In this document: positions 30,659 to 43,270 of the stretch, piece after piece | Layout of the letters: every line of letters begins with the position of its first letter | Numbering within the stretch: the first letter of the stretch is position 1 | Origin: Nitrospirota bacterium | GTDB lineage: Bacteria; Nitrospirota; Nitrospiria; Nitrospirales; NS-4 | Reading direction: 5' to 3' | Assembly: GCA_963788195.1 (NCBI GenBank) | Contig: CAWBGA010000013.1 | Coordinates: forward strand, 224,001 to 288,000 | DNA length: 64,000 nt | The notes under the pieces: model-generated | Told to the model about the DNA's origin: nothing | What the model saw: only the letters and a program-made list of their open reading frames with translations | The model's database searches: none | Program-made: the position numbers and the translations under genes

Positions 30659-33133
30659 ATGGAACAGGAACGCTCGAAAGAACTTCTTCAACAATATGGG
30701 GTTGGGCCCATCCAATTTACCGGGACGAACGACGCTCTCTATGAACGACATCTGATTTTCGACCACGTCGTTGATGTCAAGAAGGCCGATTTGCGTGAAC
30801 AGTTTGAAGCAGCGGCACATTCGGTCCGCGATATCATTTCACAACGCTGGCTCCGGACGGAAGACACCTATGCCCAGAAGAATCCCAAGCGGGTGTATTA
30901 CCTGTCGATGGAGTTCCTGCTGGGGCGGTCGTTCGCCAACAATGTCACCAACGCATTGCTGGGATCATTGGCGTTTGAGGCCATGAAAAAGAGGGGACTG
31001 GATGCGTCGGCCCTGGCCGAGATGGAGCCGGATGCCGGGTTGGGGAACGGAGGGCTTGGCAGGCTGGCGGCTTGTTTCATTGATTCGATGGCGACGATGC
31101 AGATTCCCGGGATGGGCTATGGACTCCGTTACGAATACGGAATCTTCAAGCAAACGATTAAGGATGGTTGGCAATGCGAACAGCCGGATAATTGGTTGCG
31201 TCGTCCCGATCCCTGGGAAGTGGCACGGCTCGAGGCATCGGTCGAAGTGAAATTGAACTGTTCGTTCGAGATGCACGACGGGGTATTGGGCATGGTCCTC
31301 GGGCAGCCGTCCAGCATCATCGGCATCCCGTTCGACCGTCCCGTCGTCGGGTACGGCGGAAAGACCATTAATACACTCCGGCTCTGGGCCGCGGCGGTAC
31401 CGGATTACTTCGACTTCCAGCGATTCAGCGGCGGTGATTTCGTGGCCGCGTTGGCTGGAACGCTCGCGGCCGAGTCGCTGACGCGTGTGCTCTATCCCGA
31501 CGACTCCACAGTTCGAGGCCAGGGGTTGCGGTTCCTGCAGGAATATTTCCTCGTCGCCTGCTCGCTGGGCGATCTCGTGCGGCGCTTCCGGCGCGGCAAC
31601 ACCGACTGGAACGCCCTGCCCGAGAAAGTCGCCATCCAGTTGAACGATACGCACCCGACGATGGCCGTCCCCGAACTGATGCGGATTCTGCTGGACGACG
31701 CGCATCTCGATTGGGAACAGGCCTGGGATCTGACGCAACGATCACTCGCGTATACCAACCATACGCTGCTCCCCGAGGCGCTGGAAAAATGGCCGCTCGA
31801 ATGGTTCGCAAACGTGCTGCCGCGTCATTTGGAAATCATCCACGAGATCAATCGCCGGCATCTTGACCAAGCGCGCGCGCGCTTCGGCGGCGACCAAGGC
31901 CGTCTCGCCAGCGTAAGTCTCATCGAGGAGGGCGCAACGCGTAAAGTCCGGATGGCCAACCTTGCGATCGTCGGATCGCATAGCACGAACGGCGTCGCCG
32001 CCATTCACTCCGGATTGCTGCGCACAATGACGGTCAAGGACTTGGCCGAGATGTTTCCTGAGCGGTTCAACAACAAGACCAACGGTGTCACGCCGCGACG
32101 CTGGTTGCTGCTGGCGAACCCCGCGCTCTCGCGCGCCATCACTGAGGCCATTGGTGACGGGTGGGTTACCGATCTCGGCCAATTGAACCAGCTCAAGAAA
32201 CTGGCCGACGACAAGGGCTTTCGCGACGCGGTCCGCAAAGCCAAGCGCGAGGCGAAATCGCAGTTTGCCCAGTGGCTCAAAACAACGTCCGGGCAAACAG
32301 TCGATCCGGACAGCATCTTCGATTGCCAGGTCAAGCGCATCCACGAATACAAGCGGCAACTCCTCAATGCGTTGCGCATCGTCGTGCTGTACAACCGGCT
32401 GCGGGAAAATCCAAACCTCAAGATGGCCCCACGGACATTTTTCTTTGCCGGCAAGGCGGCACCGGCCTACCACCTGGCCAAGGTGATCATCAAGTTCATC
32501 AATAATCTGGCCGGCACCATCGACGGCGATCCTATCGTTCGCGGAAGGCTGAAGGTCGTCTTTCTGCCCGAGTACTGCGTGTCGCTTGCAGAGCGCCTGA
32601 TTCCGGCTACCGACGTCTCCAACCAGATTTCGACGGCCGGCTACGAGGCCAGCGGTACGAGCAACATGAAGTTCATGATGAACGGAGCGCTGACGCTGGG
32701 GACACGCGACGGCGCAACCATCGAGATGGCAGAAGAAGCGGGCGAGGAGAACTTCTTCCTGTTCGGCCTCACGGCGGACCAGGTGGCCAACGGCAAGGGC
32801 TGGTATAGCCCGGGCTGGCATTATGACAACGAGGCGGAGACCAGGGCGGCGCTGGACCAAATCTTCTCTGGCTACTTCAACCGCTATGAACCGGGCATCT
32901 TCGAACCGCTGCGGCACGCCTTGCTGACAGGCGGAGACCACTATATGCACCTGGCGGACCTCACGTCCTATCTCGAGGCCGACCGCCGGCTCTGCGACCT
33001 GTACGCCGACCCGGATGGATGGGCGCGCAAAGCGATCTTGAATGTCGCCGGCTCAGGGAAGTTCTCCAGCGACCGCACGATCGCGGAGTACGCAGCCGAT
33101 ATTTGGAATGTGAAGCCGTGTCCGATTCCGTAA
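30659..33133 (+). CDS. glgP: Glycogen/starch phosphorylase
   Basis: [53 protein letters not shown]. Confidence 0.97.
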   Translation: MEQERSKELLQQYGVGPIQFTGTNDALYERHLIFDHVVDVKKADLREQFEAAAHSVRDIISQRWLRTEDTYAQKNPKRVYYLSMEFLLGRSFANNVTNALLGSLAFEAMKKRGLDASALAEMEPDAGLGNGGLGRLAACFIDSMATMQIPGMGYGLRYEYGIFKQTIKDGWQCEQPDNWLRRPDPWEVARLEASVEVKLNCSFEMHDGVLGMVLGQPSSIIGIPFDRPVVGYGGKTINTLRLWAAAVPDYFDFQRFSGGDFVAALAGTLAAESLTRVLYPDDSTVRGQGLRFLQEYFLVACSLGDLVRRFRRGNTDWNALPEKVAIQLNDTHPTMAVPELMRILLDDAHLDWEQAWDLTQRSLAYTNHTLLPEALEKWPLEWFANVLPRHLEIIHEINRRHLDQARARFGGDQGRLASVSLIEEGATRKVRMANLAIVGSHSTNGVAAIHSGLLRTMTVKDLAEMFPERFNNKTNGVTPRRWLLLANPALSRAITEAIGDGWVTDLGQLNQLKKLADDKGFRDAVRKAKREAKSQFAQWLKTTSGQTVDPDSIFDCQVKRIHEYKRQLLNALRIVVLYNRLRENPNLKMAPRTFFFAGKAAPAYHLAKVIIKFINNLAGTIDGDPIVRGRLKVVFLPEYCVSLAERLIPATDVSNQISTAGYEASGTSNMKFMMNGALTLGTRDGATIEMAEEAGEENFFLFGLTADQVANGKGWYSPGWHYDNEAETRAALDQIFSGYFNRYEPGIFEPLRHALLTGGDHYMHLADLTSYLEADRRLCDLYADPDGWARKAILNVAGSGKFSSDRTIAEYAADIWNVKPCPIP

Positions 33134-33170
33134 AGTCGCCACAACGTGTCAGAGAGAAGGATTAAAGCTC

Positions 33171-34820
33171 ATGGCGATTTCATCCTTAGCAGGTAAGCCG
33201 GCTCCGAAAGAGATGTTGGTGGATCTGGCCAAGCTCGAAGGGGAGTATTACGCGCGCGCGCCGGATATGGGAGATCCCAACGAGTCGGTCGCCTTCGGCA
33301 CGAGCGGGCATCGCGGATCGTCGTTCCGCGGCTCGTTCAACGAGGCGCATATTCTTGCCATTACGCAGGCCATTTGCGACTACCGGCGCGGGCAGGGCAC
33401 CGACGGCCCGCTCTACATGGGCAAGGATACGCACGCGCTGTCCGGACCGGCTCAGCGCACGGCGCTCGAAGTCCTTGCGGCGAACGACGTGCACACCGTC
33501 ATCCAGCAGGACGACGAGGTGACGCCCACGCCTGTCATCTCACGAGCCATCCTGGTCTACAACCGCGGCCGCAAGACGCACCTCGCGGACGGTATCGTTG
33601 TCACGCCCTCGCATAACCCGCCGGAAGACGGGGGCATCAAGTACAACCCGCCCAACGGCGGACCAGCCGATACCGATGTGACGAAATGGATGCAGGATCG
33701 TGCGAATGCGTTGCTGCGGGAAGGCAACGCCGGCGTCAAGCGCGTGCCGTTCGAGAAGGCGTTCAAGGCGGCAACCACGCGTCAGGAAGATTTCATTCTG
33801 CCCTATGTTCAAGACCTTCGGAACGTGATCGACATGGAGATCATCCGCGAGGCGGGCCTCGTGCTGGGCGTGGACCCGCTCGGCGGCGCCGCGGTCCATT
33901 ACTGGGAGCCGATCAATACGGTCTATAAGCTGAACATCGCCGTTGTGAACCCGAAGGTCGATCCGACCTTCTCCTTCATGACGGTTGATCACGACGGCAA
34001 GATCCGGATGGACTGCTCGAGCCCCTATGCGATGGCCAGCCTTGTCAGTCTGAAGGATCGGTTTCGCCTCGCCTTTGCCAACGACCCGGACTCGGACCGC
34101 CATGGGATCGTCACGCCGTCCGCCGGGCTGATGAATCCCAACCACTATCTCGCCGTGGCGATTCGCTATCTACTCACGCATCGACCTCAGTGGCCTACCG
34201 ACGCGGTGGTCGGCAAGACGTTGGTGTCGAGCGGCATGATCGACCGTGTCGTGGCCAAACTCGGCCGCCGGCTGTCCGAAGTGCCGGTCGGCTTCAAGTG
34301 GTTTGTGCCTGGCCTGTTCAATGGCTCTTGTTGCTTCGGCGGTGAAGAGAGCGCCGGAGCGAGCTTTCTCCGTCACGACGGCACCGTGTGGACGACCGAC
34401 AAGGATGGCCCGATCATGAACCTGCTCGCGGCCGAGATCACCGCTCGAACCGGCAAAGATCCGGGGGAACACTACCGCGAACTGACAGCTGAATTTGGGA
34501 GTCCGCTCTACACGCGCATCGATGCGGCGGCCACGCCCGAGCAGAAGGAAAGGCTGGGAAAGTTGTCGCCCGATGCCGTCAAGGCATCGACGCTCGCCGG
34601 CGACCAGATCACTGCCAAGCTGACCAAAGCGCCGGGCAACAACGCCTCTATCGGCGGATTGAAAGTCATCACAGCCAACGGCTGGTTCGCGGCCCGGCCC
34701 TCCGGGACCGAAAACATCTACAAGATCTATGCAGAGAGCTTCAAGAATGAGGGCCATCTAAAGGCCCTCGTGAACGAGGCCCAGGAGATGGTGAACCACG
34801 CACTGGGGAGCGACCGATGA
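33171..34820 (+). CDS. pgm: Phosphoglucomutase
   Basis: [34 protein letters not shown]. Confidence 0.96.
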   Translation: MAISSLAGKPAPKEMLVDLAKLEGEYYARAPDMGDPNESVAFGTSGHRGSSFRGSFNEAHILAITQAICDYRRGQGTDGPLYMGKDTHALSGPAQRTALEVLAANDVHTVIQQDDEVTPTPVISRAILVYNRGRKTHLADGIVVTPSHNPPEDGGIKYNPPNGGPADTDVTKWMQDRANALLREGNAGVKRVPFEKAFKAATTRQEDFILPYVQDLRNVIDMEIIREAGLVLGVDPLGGAAVHYWEPINTVYKLNIAVVNPKVDPTFSFMTVDHDGKIRMDCSSPYAMASLVSLKDRFRLAFANDPDSDRHGIVTPSAGLMNPNHYLAVAIRYLLTHRPQWPTDAVVGKTLVSSGMIDRVVAKLGRRLSEVPVGFKWFVPGLFNGSCCFGGEESAGASFLRHDGTVWTTDKDGPIMNLLAAEITARTGKDPGEHYRELTAEFGSPLYTRIDAAATPEQKERLGKLSPDAVKASTLAGDQITAKLTKAPGNNASIGGLKVITANGWFAARPSGTENIYKIYAESFKNEGHLKALVNEAQEMVNHALGSDR

Positions 34821-36385
34821 GCCTTCCCCCATTTCCGTCCAACTACCGGGCCTCCGGCGTGCTGCTGCACGTCACGTCGCTGCCCTCGCCCTACGGCATT
34901 GGCGATGTGGGCGCAACGGCGCTTGCCTGGATCGACCGCCTTCACGAGGCGGGGCAGAGCTGGTGGCAAGCGCTGCCGGTGGGACCAATAGGCTACGGCG
35001 ATTCTCCGTATCAACCACTGTCGTCGTTCGCCGGGAATGGGCTCCTCATGAGCCCGGACTGGCTGATCGAGGACGGACTGCTGCGAGTGAGCGATTGCGA
35101 GGGTCGGGCATTTTCGTCAGACGCGGTCGACTACGACGCCGTCTTCTTGTTCAAGCGCCGGCTGCTCGACACGGCCTGGACCAACTTCAATGCCGGCGCG
35201 CGCCCGGATCTGCGGCCCGCTTATGCACAGTTCTGCCAGGACCATGCCTGCTGGCTGGAGGACTACGCGCTGTTTCGCGCGCTGAAGGAGAGGTACGGCG
35301 GGGCCCACTATCTTGAGTGGCCGGCCGAGCTGACCCGTCGCGCTCCGGGCGCGCTGGCCCAGGTCCGGCAAGAGTTGGCGAGCCAGATCGATCAGGTCCG
35401 CCTCGCCCAGTTCCTGCTCTTTCGCCAGGCGGCGCGCCTGAAGCAGCATGCGCAAGCCCGGGGCGTGCGGCTGATCGGTGACCTGCCGTTCTTCGTGTCT
35501 CCGGACTCGAGTGACGTGTGGGCGAACCCTGAGCTGTTCTTGCTGGATGAGCACGGCCGGCCGCGTGTCGTCGCCGGTGTCCCGCCCGACTACTTCAGTG
35601 CCCAGGGACAGCTCTGGGGCAACCCCGTCTACGATTGGGACGCTCTGCGCCGGACCGGCTACCGTTGGTGGGTGGACCGCTTGCGCGCCTTGCTCGCCCA
35701 CGTGGACATCATTCGCCTGGACCATTTCCGCGCGTTCGCGGCCGCCTGGCACGTTCCGGCCGGCGCGCCGACGGCTCAAACTGGCCGCTGGGTGCCGGGG
35801 CCTGGGGCCGAATTCTTCAGTACCGTCCAGAAAGAGCTGGGCGGGCTCCCGTTCATCGCGGAGGACTTGGGGTTGATAACGCCGGACGTCTACGTTCTCC
35901 GCGACCGCTTCAGTGTGCCCGGGACGCGAGTCCTCCAGTTCGCCTTCGACGGTCATGCGGACAATCCGTACCTGCCGAGCAACTATGTCGCGAACACCGT
36001 GGTATACAGCGGCACCCATGACAACCCCACGGCCCGCGAGTGGTACGAGGATCTGCCGGACGACCAGCGGCAGAACCTCTGGAGTTGTCTGAAGCGTTCT
36101 GGGGGCGACAGCAGCGAGGCCGCGCCCGGGCTGATAAGTCTGGCCTGGTCGTCGATTGCCGCGCTCGCGCTCGCGCCGCTACAGGACGTGCTCAATCTGG
36201 GCAGAGAGGCCCGGATGAACGTGCCCGGCTATGCCGAGGGCAACTGGCGGTGGCGCTGCACGCAGCAGATGCTGTCCGACTCGGCCTTCGAATGGCTGCG
36301 AGCGCTGACGGCCACCTCGAACCGCTTGGCTGAGCTTCGCAGTACGCAGACGGTCGGAAGCGTGGAGGCCGCATCCGCATCATGA
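34817..36385 (+). CDS. malQ: 4-alpha-glucanotransferase (amylomaltase)
   Basis: GVLLH.TSLP, SPY...[42 protein letters not shown]...GNW. Confidence 0.95.
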   Translation: MSLPPFPSNYRASGVLLHVTSLPSPYGIGDVGATALAWIDRLHEAGQSWWQALPVGPIGYGDSPYQPLSSFAGNGLLMSPDWLIEDGLLRVSDCEGRAFSSDAVDYDAVFLFKRRLLDTAWTNFNAGARPDLRPAYAQFCQDHACWLEDYALFRALKERYGGAHYLEWPAELTRRAPGALAQVRQELASQIDQVRLAQFLLFRQAARLKQHAQARGVRLIGDLPFFVSPDSSDVWANPELFLLDEHGRPRVVAGVPPDYFSAQGQLWGNPVYDWDALRRTGYRWWVDRLRALLAHVDIIRLDHFRAFAAAWHVPAGAPTAQTGRWVPGPGAEFFSTVQKELGGLPFIAEDLGLITPDVYVLRDRFSVPGTRVLQFAFDGHADNPYLPSNYVANTVVYSGTHDNPTAREWYEDLPDDQRQNLWSCLKRSGGDSSEAAPGLISLAWSSIAALALAPLQDVLNLGREARMNVPGYAEGNWRWRCTQQMLSDSAFEWLRALTATSNRLAELRSTQTVGSVEAASAS

Positions 36386-36482
36386 CCGCGAGCCCGATCG
36401 TTTCTTCTTTGTCACTCGAACGGCGCAGTACTCGTGCTCAGGTTCATGAAATGGGGAACCGCTGGAATGCCAGGGAGGTGAT

Positions 36483-38126
36483 GTGATGACGAGCGGTGCA
36501 GTTCCACTCACCCAAGGCACTGCCTGGAACGCCCTTCGAGAGCATTACGAGGCGATCAAGGCCGTGCATATGCGGGATCTGTTTGCGAAAGATCCGGGGC
36601 GCGGCGCGCGCTTGGTGTGCGACGCGCAGGGAATCTATCTCGACTATTCGAAAAACCGTCTCACGGATGACACGATGCGTTTGCTGCTCGACCTCGCCAA
36701 CGCCGCCGGCTTGCGGACCGGCATCGACGCGATGTTCCGCGGCGACAAGCTCAATGTGACGGAGAATCGCGCGGTCCTCCACGTCGCGCTGCGCGCTCCC
36801 GCCGGCGCCACCATTAAAGTGGACGGCGAAAACGTGGTGCCGAAGGTCCACGCGGTGATCGAAAAAATGGCCGGCTTCGCAAACCGCCTCCGCAGCGGCG
36901 AGTGGAAAGGCCATACCGGCAAGCGCATTCGCAATGTCGTGAACATCGGCATCGGGGGCTCGGACCTGGGGCCCGTCATGGCCTACGAGGCGTTGCGGGC
37001 CTACAGCGATCGCGCGTTGACGGTTCGTTTCGTCTCGAACGTTGATGCGACCGATGTCGCCGAGTCGACGCGGGACCTCGACCCGGCGGAGACGCTGTTC
37101 ATTGTCTGCTCGAAGACCTTCACCACGCAGGAGACCCTCGCCAACGCGCAGACCGCGCGTGCGTGGTGCCTGCGGGCGCTCAAGAACGACACGGCGGTGG
37201 CCCGCCACTTCGTGGCCGTGTCCACGAACGCGGACGAAGTCGCGAAATTCGGAATCGATCCCGCCAACATGTTCGAATTCTGGGACTGGGTCGGAGGCCG
37301 CTACTCGCTGCCCTCGGCCATCGGCCTCTCACTGATGGTCGCCATCGGGCCCGAACGGTTCCGCGAGATGCTGGCCGGGTACCATGCAATGGACGAGCAT
37401 TTCCGGACCGCCCCGTTCGACAAGAACCTGCCCGTGCTGCTGGGGCTCATCGGACTCTGGTACGTGAATTTCTTCGGCACCGAGTCACAGGCGATTCTGC
37501 CCTATGACCACTACCTCGGGCGGCTGAGCGCCTATCTGCAGCAGCTCGACATGGAGAGCAACGGGAAGCGTGTGGACCGGGATGGGAGCGTGGTGAATTA
37601 TCACACGGGTCCGGTCATTTGGGGGACGCCTGGCACCAACGGCCAGCATGCATACTATCAATTGATCCACCAGGGCACGCGGTTGATCCCGTGCGACTTC
37701 ATCGGCTTCTGCCGGTCGCTCAATCCCATGGGGCAGCATCACGATCTGCTGGCGTCCAATCTGTTCGCGCAGACGGAGGCGCTGGCCTTTGGCAAAACGG
37801 CCGCGGAAGTGGAGGCTGAAGGAGCGCCTCCGGCCCTGGTGCCGCACCGGACGTTTCCAGGCAACCGCCCGACGAATACCATCCTGGTCGAGCAACTGAC
37901 GCCGGAGATATTCGGCAAGTTGATCGCCCTCTATGAGCACAAGGTCTTCGTTCAGGGCACGATCTGGCGCATCAACTCGTTCGACCAGTGGGGCGTGGAA
38001 CTGGGCAAAGTGCTGGCCAAACGGATCACGCCGGAATTGACGAGCGGGACGGACCACGATCTCCGGCACGACAGTTCAACCAACGCGTTGATCCGGCGTT
38101 ACCGCCGGCTTCGCCTGCCGGGCTGA
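36483..38126 (+). CDS. pgi: Glucose-6-phosphate isomerase
   Basis: [57 protein letters not shown]. Confidence 0.97.
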   Translation: MMTSGAVPLTQGTAWNALREHYEAIKAVHMRDLFAKDPGRGARLVCDAQGIYLDYSKNRLTDDTMRLLLDLANAAGLRTGIDAMFRGDKLNVTENRAVLHVALRAPAGATIKVDGENVVPKVHAVIEKMAGFANRLRSGEWKGHTGKRIRNVVNIGIGGSDLGPVMAYEALRAYSDRALTVRFVSNVDATDVAESTRDLDPAETLFIVCSKTFTTQETLANAQTARAWCLRALKNDTAVARHFVAVSTNADEVAKFGIDPANMFEFWDWVGGRYSLPSAIGLSLMVAIGPERFREMLAGYHAMDEHFRTAPFDKNLPVLLGLIGLWYVNFFGTESQAILPYDHYLGRLSAYLQQLDMESNGKRVDRDGSVVNYHTGPVIWGTPGTNGQHAYYQLIHQGTRLIPCDFIGFCRSLNPMGQHHDLLASNLFAQTEALAFGKTAAEVEAEGAPPALVPHRTFPGNRPTNTILVEQLTPEIFGKLIALYEHKVFVQGTIWRINSFDQWGVELGKVLAKRITPELTSGTDHDLRHDSSTNALIRRYRRLRLPG

Positions 38127-38167
38127 CACATCGTTCCGCCAACAACAAATAACCTGAGAGGCTTGCG

Positions 38168-40232
38168 ATGACCCGTGAACAACTCGATCAACTCTGCGTC
38201 GACACGATCCGCACGTTGTCCATGGATGCTATTCAGGAGGCCAACTCAGGCCATCCAGGGACGCCCATGGCCATGGCCCCCGTGGCGTACTGCCTATGGC
38301 AGCGATTTCTCCGCTTCGATCCGCAAGATCCGATCTGGCCCAACCGCGACCGCTTCGTGCTGTCGATCGGCCACGCGTCCATGCTGTTGTACTCGCTCCT
38401 TCATCTCACCGGGGTGAAGGCTGTCAGCAAAGATTACGAAACCCTCGGTGAACCGTCGGTGCCGTTGGATGCCATCAAGCATTTTCGTCAATGGGGCAGC
38501 CGATGCCCCGGTCATCCGGAGTACCGATGGACTTCCGGCGTCGAAACCACAACCGGGCCGCTCGGGCAGGGGATTGCGAACAGTGTGGGCATGGCCTTGG
38601 CCGGCCGCTGGATGGCTGCGCATTTCAATCGGCCCGGACTTCGACGACATGATCAATTTTAACGTCTATGCCTTGTGCGGGGACGGTTGCATGATGGAGG
38701 GGATCTCTCACGAGGCCGCCTCGATGGCCGGACACTTGGGCCTCTCGAACCTGTGCTGGATCTACGACAACAATCACATCACGATCGAGGGCAACACCGC
38801 GTTGTCTTTCTCGGAAGATGTCGCAACACGGTTCATCGCCTATGGCTGGAACGTCACCCGCGTCGGTGACGCCAACGATCTCGTGACATGCTCGAGCGGG
38901 CGTTCCGCACCTTCCAGAAGACGACGGATCGGCCCACGCTGATCATCGTGGATAGCCACATCGCGTATGGGGCGCCCAACAAACAAGACACCTCGGCGGC
39001 CCACGGAGAGCCGCTCGGCGAAGAGGAAATCCGGCAGACCAAGAGAAATTACGGATGGCCGGAGGACGCCAAATTCCATATTCCCGACGGAGTCTATGAG
39101 CATTTCCGGCAAGGGGTCGGCGCTCACAGGGAAGATACTCCGCGACGCCTGGTTCACGCGCATCAAAGAGTACAAAGCCAAGTACCCGGAGCTGGCCGAT
39201 CAATTGTACCGGATGCAACACCGGCAGTTACCGGATGGATGGGACAAGGATCTGCCTGCTTTTCCGGCCGACGCCGAAGGGCATGGCAACGCGGGTCTCA
39301 TCCGGAAAGGTATTGAACGCGCTGGGAAAGCGCGTGCCCTGGTTGATGGGCGGGTCGGCGGATCTGGCCCCTTCGGCCAAAACACGGTTGACGTTTGAAG
39401 GGGCGGGCGATTTGTCTCGCCGAGACTCCCGGCGGCCGCAATCTTCACTTCGGGATCCGCGAGCATGCGATGGCGGCAATTCTGAACGGGATGGCCTTGG
39501 TGAAGGTCCGGGCCTATGGTTCCGGATTCCTGATTTTCAGTGATTATGCCAGAGGTGCGATCCGGCTCAGCGCAATCATGGAATTGCCGGTCATCCATAT
39601 TTTCACGCACGACTCGATCGCCGTGGGAGAAGACGGGCCGACCCATCAGCCCATCGAACATCTCGCCTCGTTGCGTGCGATGCCCGGGTTTGATCGTCCT
39701 GCGGCCGGCCGATGCCAATGAGGTGGTAGAAGCTTGGCGCGTGATCATGAATCTGCATCATGAAGCCGGTCGCGCTGCTCCTCACCCGGCAGGACGTGCC
39801 GACATTGGATCGGAACAAGTATGCGCCCGCCTCGGGCTTGGCTCAGGGAGCCTACATCCTGGCTGACAGCCCGGATGGGACAGCCCGACGTGATCCTCAT
39901 CGGAACCGGTAGTGAGGTTTCACTCTGCGTCGCCGCGTATGAACAACTGAAGTCCAACGGCATTAAGGCTCGGGTCGTGAGCATGCCCTCGTGGGAACTG
40001 TTCGAGCAGCAGGACCAAGCCTATCGCGACCGCGTCCTGCCGCCAGCCGTGACGGCCCGTGTAGCGGTCGAACAGGCCTCGACTTTCGGGTGGGCACACT
40101 ATGTCGGCACTCACCGGCACCATCATCGGCATGACGACATTCGGGGCCTCGGCTCCACTGAAAGAATTGCAGAAGGAGTTTGGCTTCACGAAGGAGCGTA
40201 TTGTCGAAGCCGCCATGCAGCAACTGAGATAA
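38168..40232 (+). CDS. tkt: Transketolase (about 9 frameshifts; probable sequence errors, could be a pseudogene)
   Basis: Pieces in successive frames: [87 protein letters not shown]. Confidence 0.9.
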
Positions 40233-40267
40233 GCGAAGTAGTCGCGGGAACACGCGAGACTGTAGCT

Positions 40268-42365
40268 ATGAGATCGAAGATGCATTCGAGCAGGCAGGCG
40301 ACCGGCAATAGCTCTCCTCTCGGCGCGACCGTCGTAAACGGGGGCGTCAACTTCAGCCTGTACTCGCGTGAGGCGACAGGCATGGAGTTACTGTTCTTTG
40401 ATCGGCCGGATGACGCGAAGCCGTCACGTGTGATCGCCCTCGATCCCGCGTCCAACCGCACCTACCACTATTGGCACGTGTTTGTGCCGGGTGCCCGGCC
40501 GGGACAGATCTACGGGTATCGCGCTCAAGGCGCGTTCGATCCCGCGAACGGGATGCGGTTTGATTCTGCCAAAGTGCTGCTCGATCCATATGGCCGCGGT
40601 ATTGTGATGCCGAAACACTACAGTCGTATTGTCGCCAGTGACGAGGGGGACAATGCCGAGACAGCGGTGAAGAGTGTAATCGTGGACCCATCGGCGTACG
40701 ATTGGGAGGGTGATGCGCCGCTGAGACGACCTTCCGCTCGGACCATCGTCTACGAAATGCACGTGCGCGGCTTCACCCGGCATCCCAGTTCAGGCGTTGC
40801 GGAAAAAGTTCGTGGCACGTATGCCGGTCTGATCGAAAAGATTCCGTATCTCCAACAACTGGGGATCACCGCGGTTGAGCTGCTGCCGGTATTTCAGTTC
40901 GACCCCCAGGACTGCCCGCCGGGGAAAACCAACTATTGGGGCTATGCGCCAATCTCGTTCTTTGCTCCACATGAAGCCTATAGCTCGCGGCAGGATCCGA
41001 TCGGCCCAGTGGACGAATTTCGCGACATGGTCAAGGCGCTGCACCGGGCCGGAATCGAGGTCATTCTCGACGTCGTGTTCAATCACACCGCCGAAGGCGA
41101 TCACCGAGGGCCAACGCTGAGCTTCCGCGGTCTGGACAACAACACGTACTACATCCTCGAGCAAGACCGTTCGCGCTACGCCAACTACACCGGCACGGGG
41201 AACACGCTCAACGGTAACCATCCGATCGTCCGTCGCATGATCGTGGATAGTCTCCGGTACTGGGTGGAGGAGATGCACGTGGACGGGTTCCGGTTCGATC
41301 TCGCGTCGATCCTCGCGCGGGATCGAGTCGGGGCAGGTGATGGCGAACCCGCCGGTCTTGTGGGATATCGAGTCGGACCCGTCACTTGCCGGCACCAAGG
41401 TCATTGCCGAGGCATGGGACGCAGCCGGACTCTACCAGGTCGGCAGCTTCATCGGAGACAGTTGGAAAGAATGGAACGGCCGGTTCCGCGACGACGCCCG
41501 CAGCTTCTTCCGCGGTGAAGAAGGCTCGATGGCGCGCTTTGCCGACCGCTTGGTCGGAAGCCCCGAGATCTATGGACACAAGGAGCGCGAACCGGAGCAG
41601 AGCGTCAACTTCGTGACCTGTCACGACGGCTTTACGCTGAACGACCTCGTCTCCTACAACGGGAAGCACAACGAAGCCAACGGCGAAGATAACCGGGACG
41701 GAGCCGACGACAATCGAAGCTGGAACTGCGGCGTCGAGGGTCCGACGGACGATCCGGTAGTGGAGAAACTACGCAACCGGCAGGTCAAGAACTTCCTGAC
41801 CGTCACGCTGCTTTCCCTGGGTCTGCCCATGATTCTGATGGGGGACGAAGTGCGGCGTACACAACGCGGCAACAACAACGCCTATTGCCTTGACGACGAC
41901 ACCAATTGGTTCGACTGGACGCTGGTTGCCAAACACGCAGACGTGCATCGGTTCGTGACGCTGCTCAACGCGCGACGGCTCTTGCGGGACGTGGAGCACG
42001 AGCGGCAGCGCATGAGCCTGACCCAATTGATCCGGCGGGCGAATAAAGCGTGGCATGGGGTCAAGGTCGGGCAGCCGGACTGGGGCCCGCAATCTCATAG
42101 CGTGGCGGTCAGCGCGGAGTTGAAGAACGAAAGGATCGTCCTCTACATGATCCTGAATGCCTACTGGGAGCCGCTCGATTTCGAGTTGCCTCCCGTGGGT
42201 AACGGGAGCGCAAACCCGTGGTGTCGATGGATCGATACGGCCCTCGACTCGCCCCTCGACATCGTTCCATGGCAAACCGCTCCCTCGATACCCGGCTTCA
42301 CATATCATGCCGAGTCGCGCTCGGTGGTAGTGCTGTTCGCCGACCTGACGAGAGCACCGGGATAA
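40268..42365 (+). CDS. glgX: Glycogen debranching enzyme (isoamylase; frameshift near 41325)
   Basis: PLGAT....[60 protein letters not shown]. Confidence 0.94.
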
Positions 42366-42446
42366 TTACAGGTCACGAAGTGACGCGAGGTAAGTGAGGA
42401 GTGATGAAACTGGAAGCAGACTAAACATTTTAGGGTAGGGGACACG

Positions 42447-43262
42447 ATGGCAAAGGACGACGGCCAGGGAGATAACGGGAAGGGAAAACTAAAGCGCAAA
42501 GAATACGAGAAGGAGATGCGCCGGCTTCAGGCCGAGCTCTGCCATCTTCAGGCATGGGTAAAACACAAGGGCTTGCGAATCATGGTGGTGTTCGAGGGAC
42601 GCGACGGAGCGGGAAAGGGCGGCACTATTCGCGCAATCACCGAGCGCGTAAGCCCACGCGTGTTCCGCGTTGTGGCATTGGCCGCGCCGTCTGATCGAGA
42701 AAAAAGCCAGATGTACATGCAGCGGTACATGGCACACTTCCCGGCGGCCGGCGAGATCGTCATCTTCGACCGCAGTTGGTACAACCGCGCCGGGGTCGAA
42801 CACGTCATGGGCTTCGCCACCAAAGAACAGTATGAAGGCTTCCTCGAACACGCCCCGCCTGTCGAAGGTTATATCACTAGGGCCGGGATCATCCTGATTA
42901 AGTACTGGCTCGAGGTGAGCAATGCGGAACAGGAACGGCGGTTCGAGGCACGCGTCAAGGACCCGCTGCGCCAGTGGAAGCTCAGTCCCATAGACCTGCC
43001 GTCGCGAGAGAGGTGGTACGACTACTCCCGCGCACGAGACCGGATGCTGGAGGCCACTGACACGAAGCATGCACCCTGGTACATCGTGCGGTCAGACGAC
43101 AAGAAGCGCGCCCGCCTCAACTGCATTACTCATTTGCTGTCGCTGATTCCCTACAAAAAGCTGCCGGGTCAAAAAGTAAAGATTCCCAAGCGATCGAACA
43201 AGAATGAATACGATGACCAGGCGACCTTAAAGGGGAGACGCTTTATTCCGGAGAAGTATTGA
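42447..43262 (+). CDS. ppk2: Polyphosphate kinase 2
   Basis: FEGRDGAGKGG, FDRSWYNRAGVE.VMGF, WKLSP.D, DDKKRARLN. Confidence 0.95.
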   Translation: MAKDDGQGDNGKGKLKRKEYEKEMRRLQAELCHLQAWVKHKGLRIMVVFEGRDGAGKGGTIRAITERVSPRVFRVVALAAPSDREKSQMYMQRYMAHFPAAGEIVIFDRSWYNRAGVEHVMGFATKEQYEGFLEHAPPVEGYITRAGIILIKYWLEVSNAEQERRFEARVKDPLRQWKLSPIDLPSRERWYDYSRARDRMLEATDTKHAPWYIVRSDDKKRARLNCITHLLSLIPYKKLPGQKVKIPKRSNKNEYDDQATLKGRRFIPEKY

Positions 43263-43270
43263 GAATCTTC

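Noticed and set aside
38600..40120. Programmed ribosomal frameshifting in tkt or other genes
   Set aside because: Too many sites, no consistent slippery heptamer or stimulatory structure, and no precedent in these enzyme families.
39821..41518. Apparent Tkt-GlgX fusion ORF of 565 aa
   Set aside because: Artefact of the tkt frameshift near 40110; the true tkt C-terminus ends at TAA 40230-40232 in another frame.
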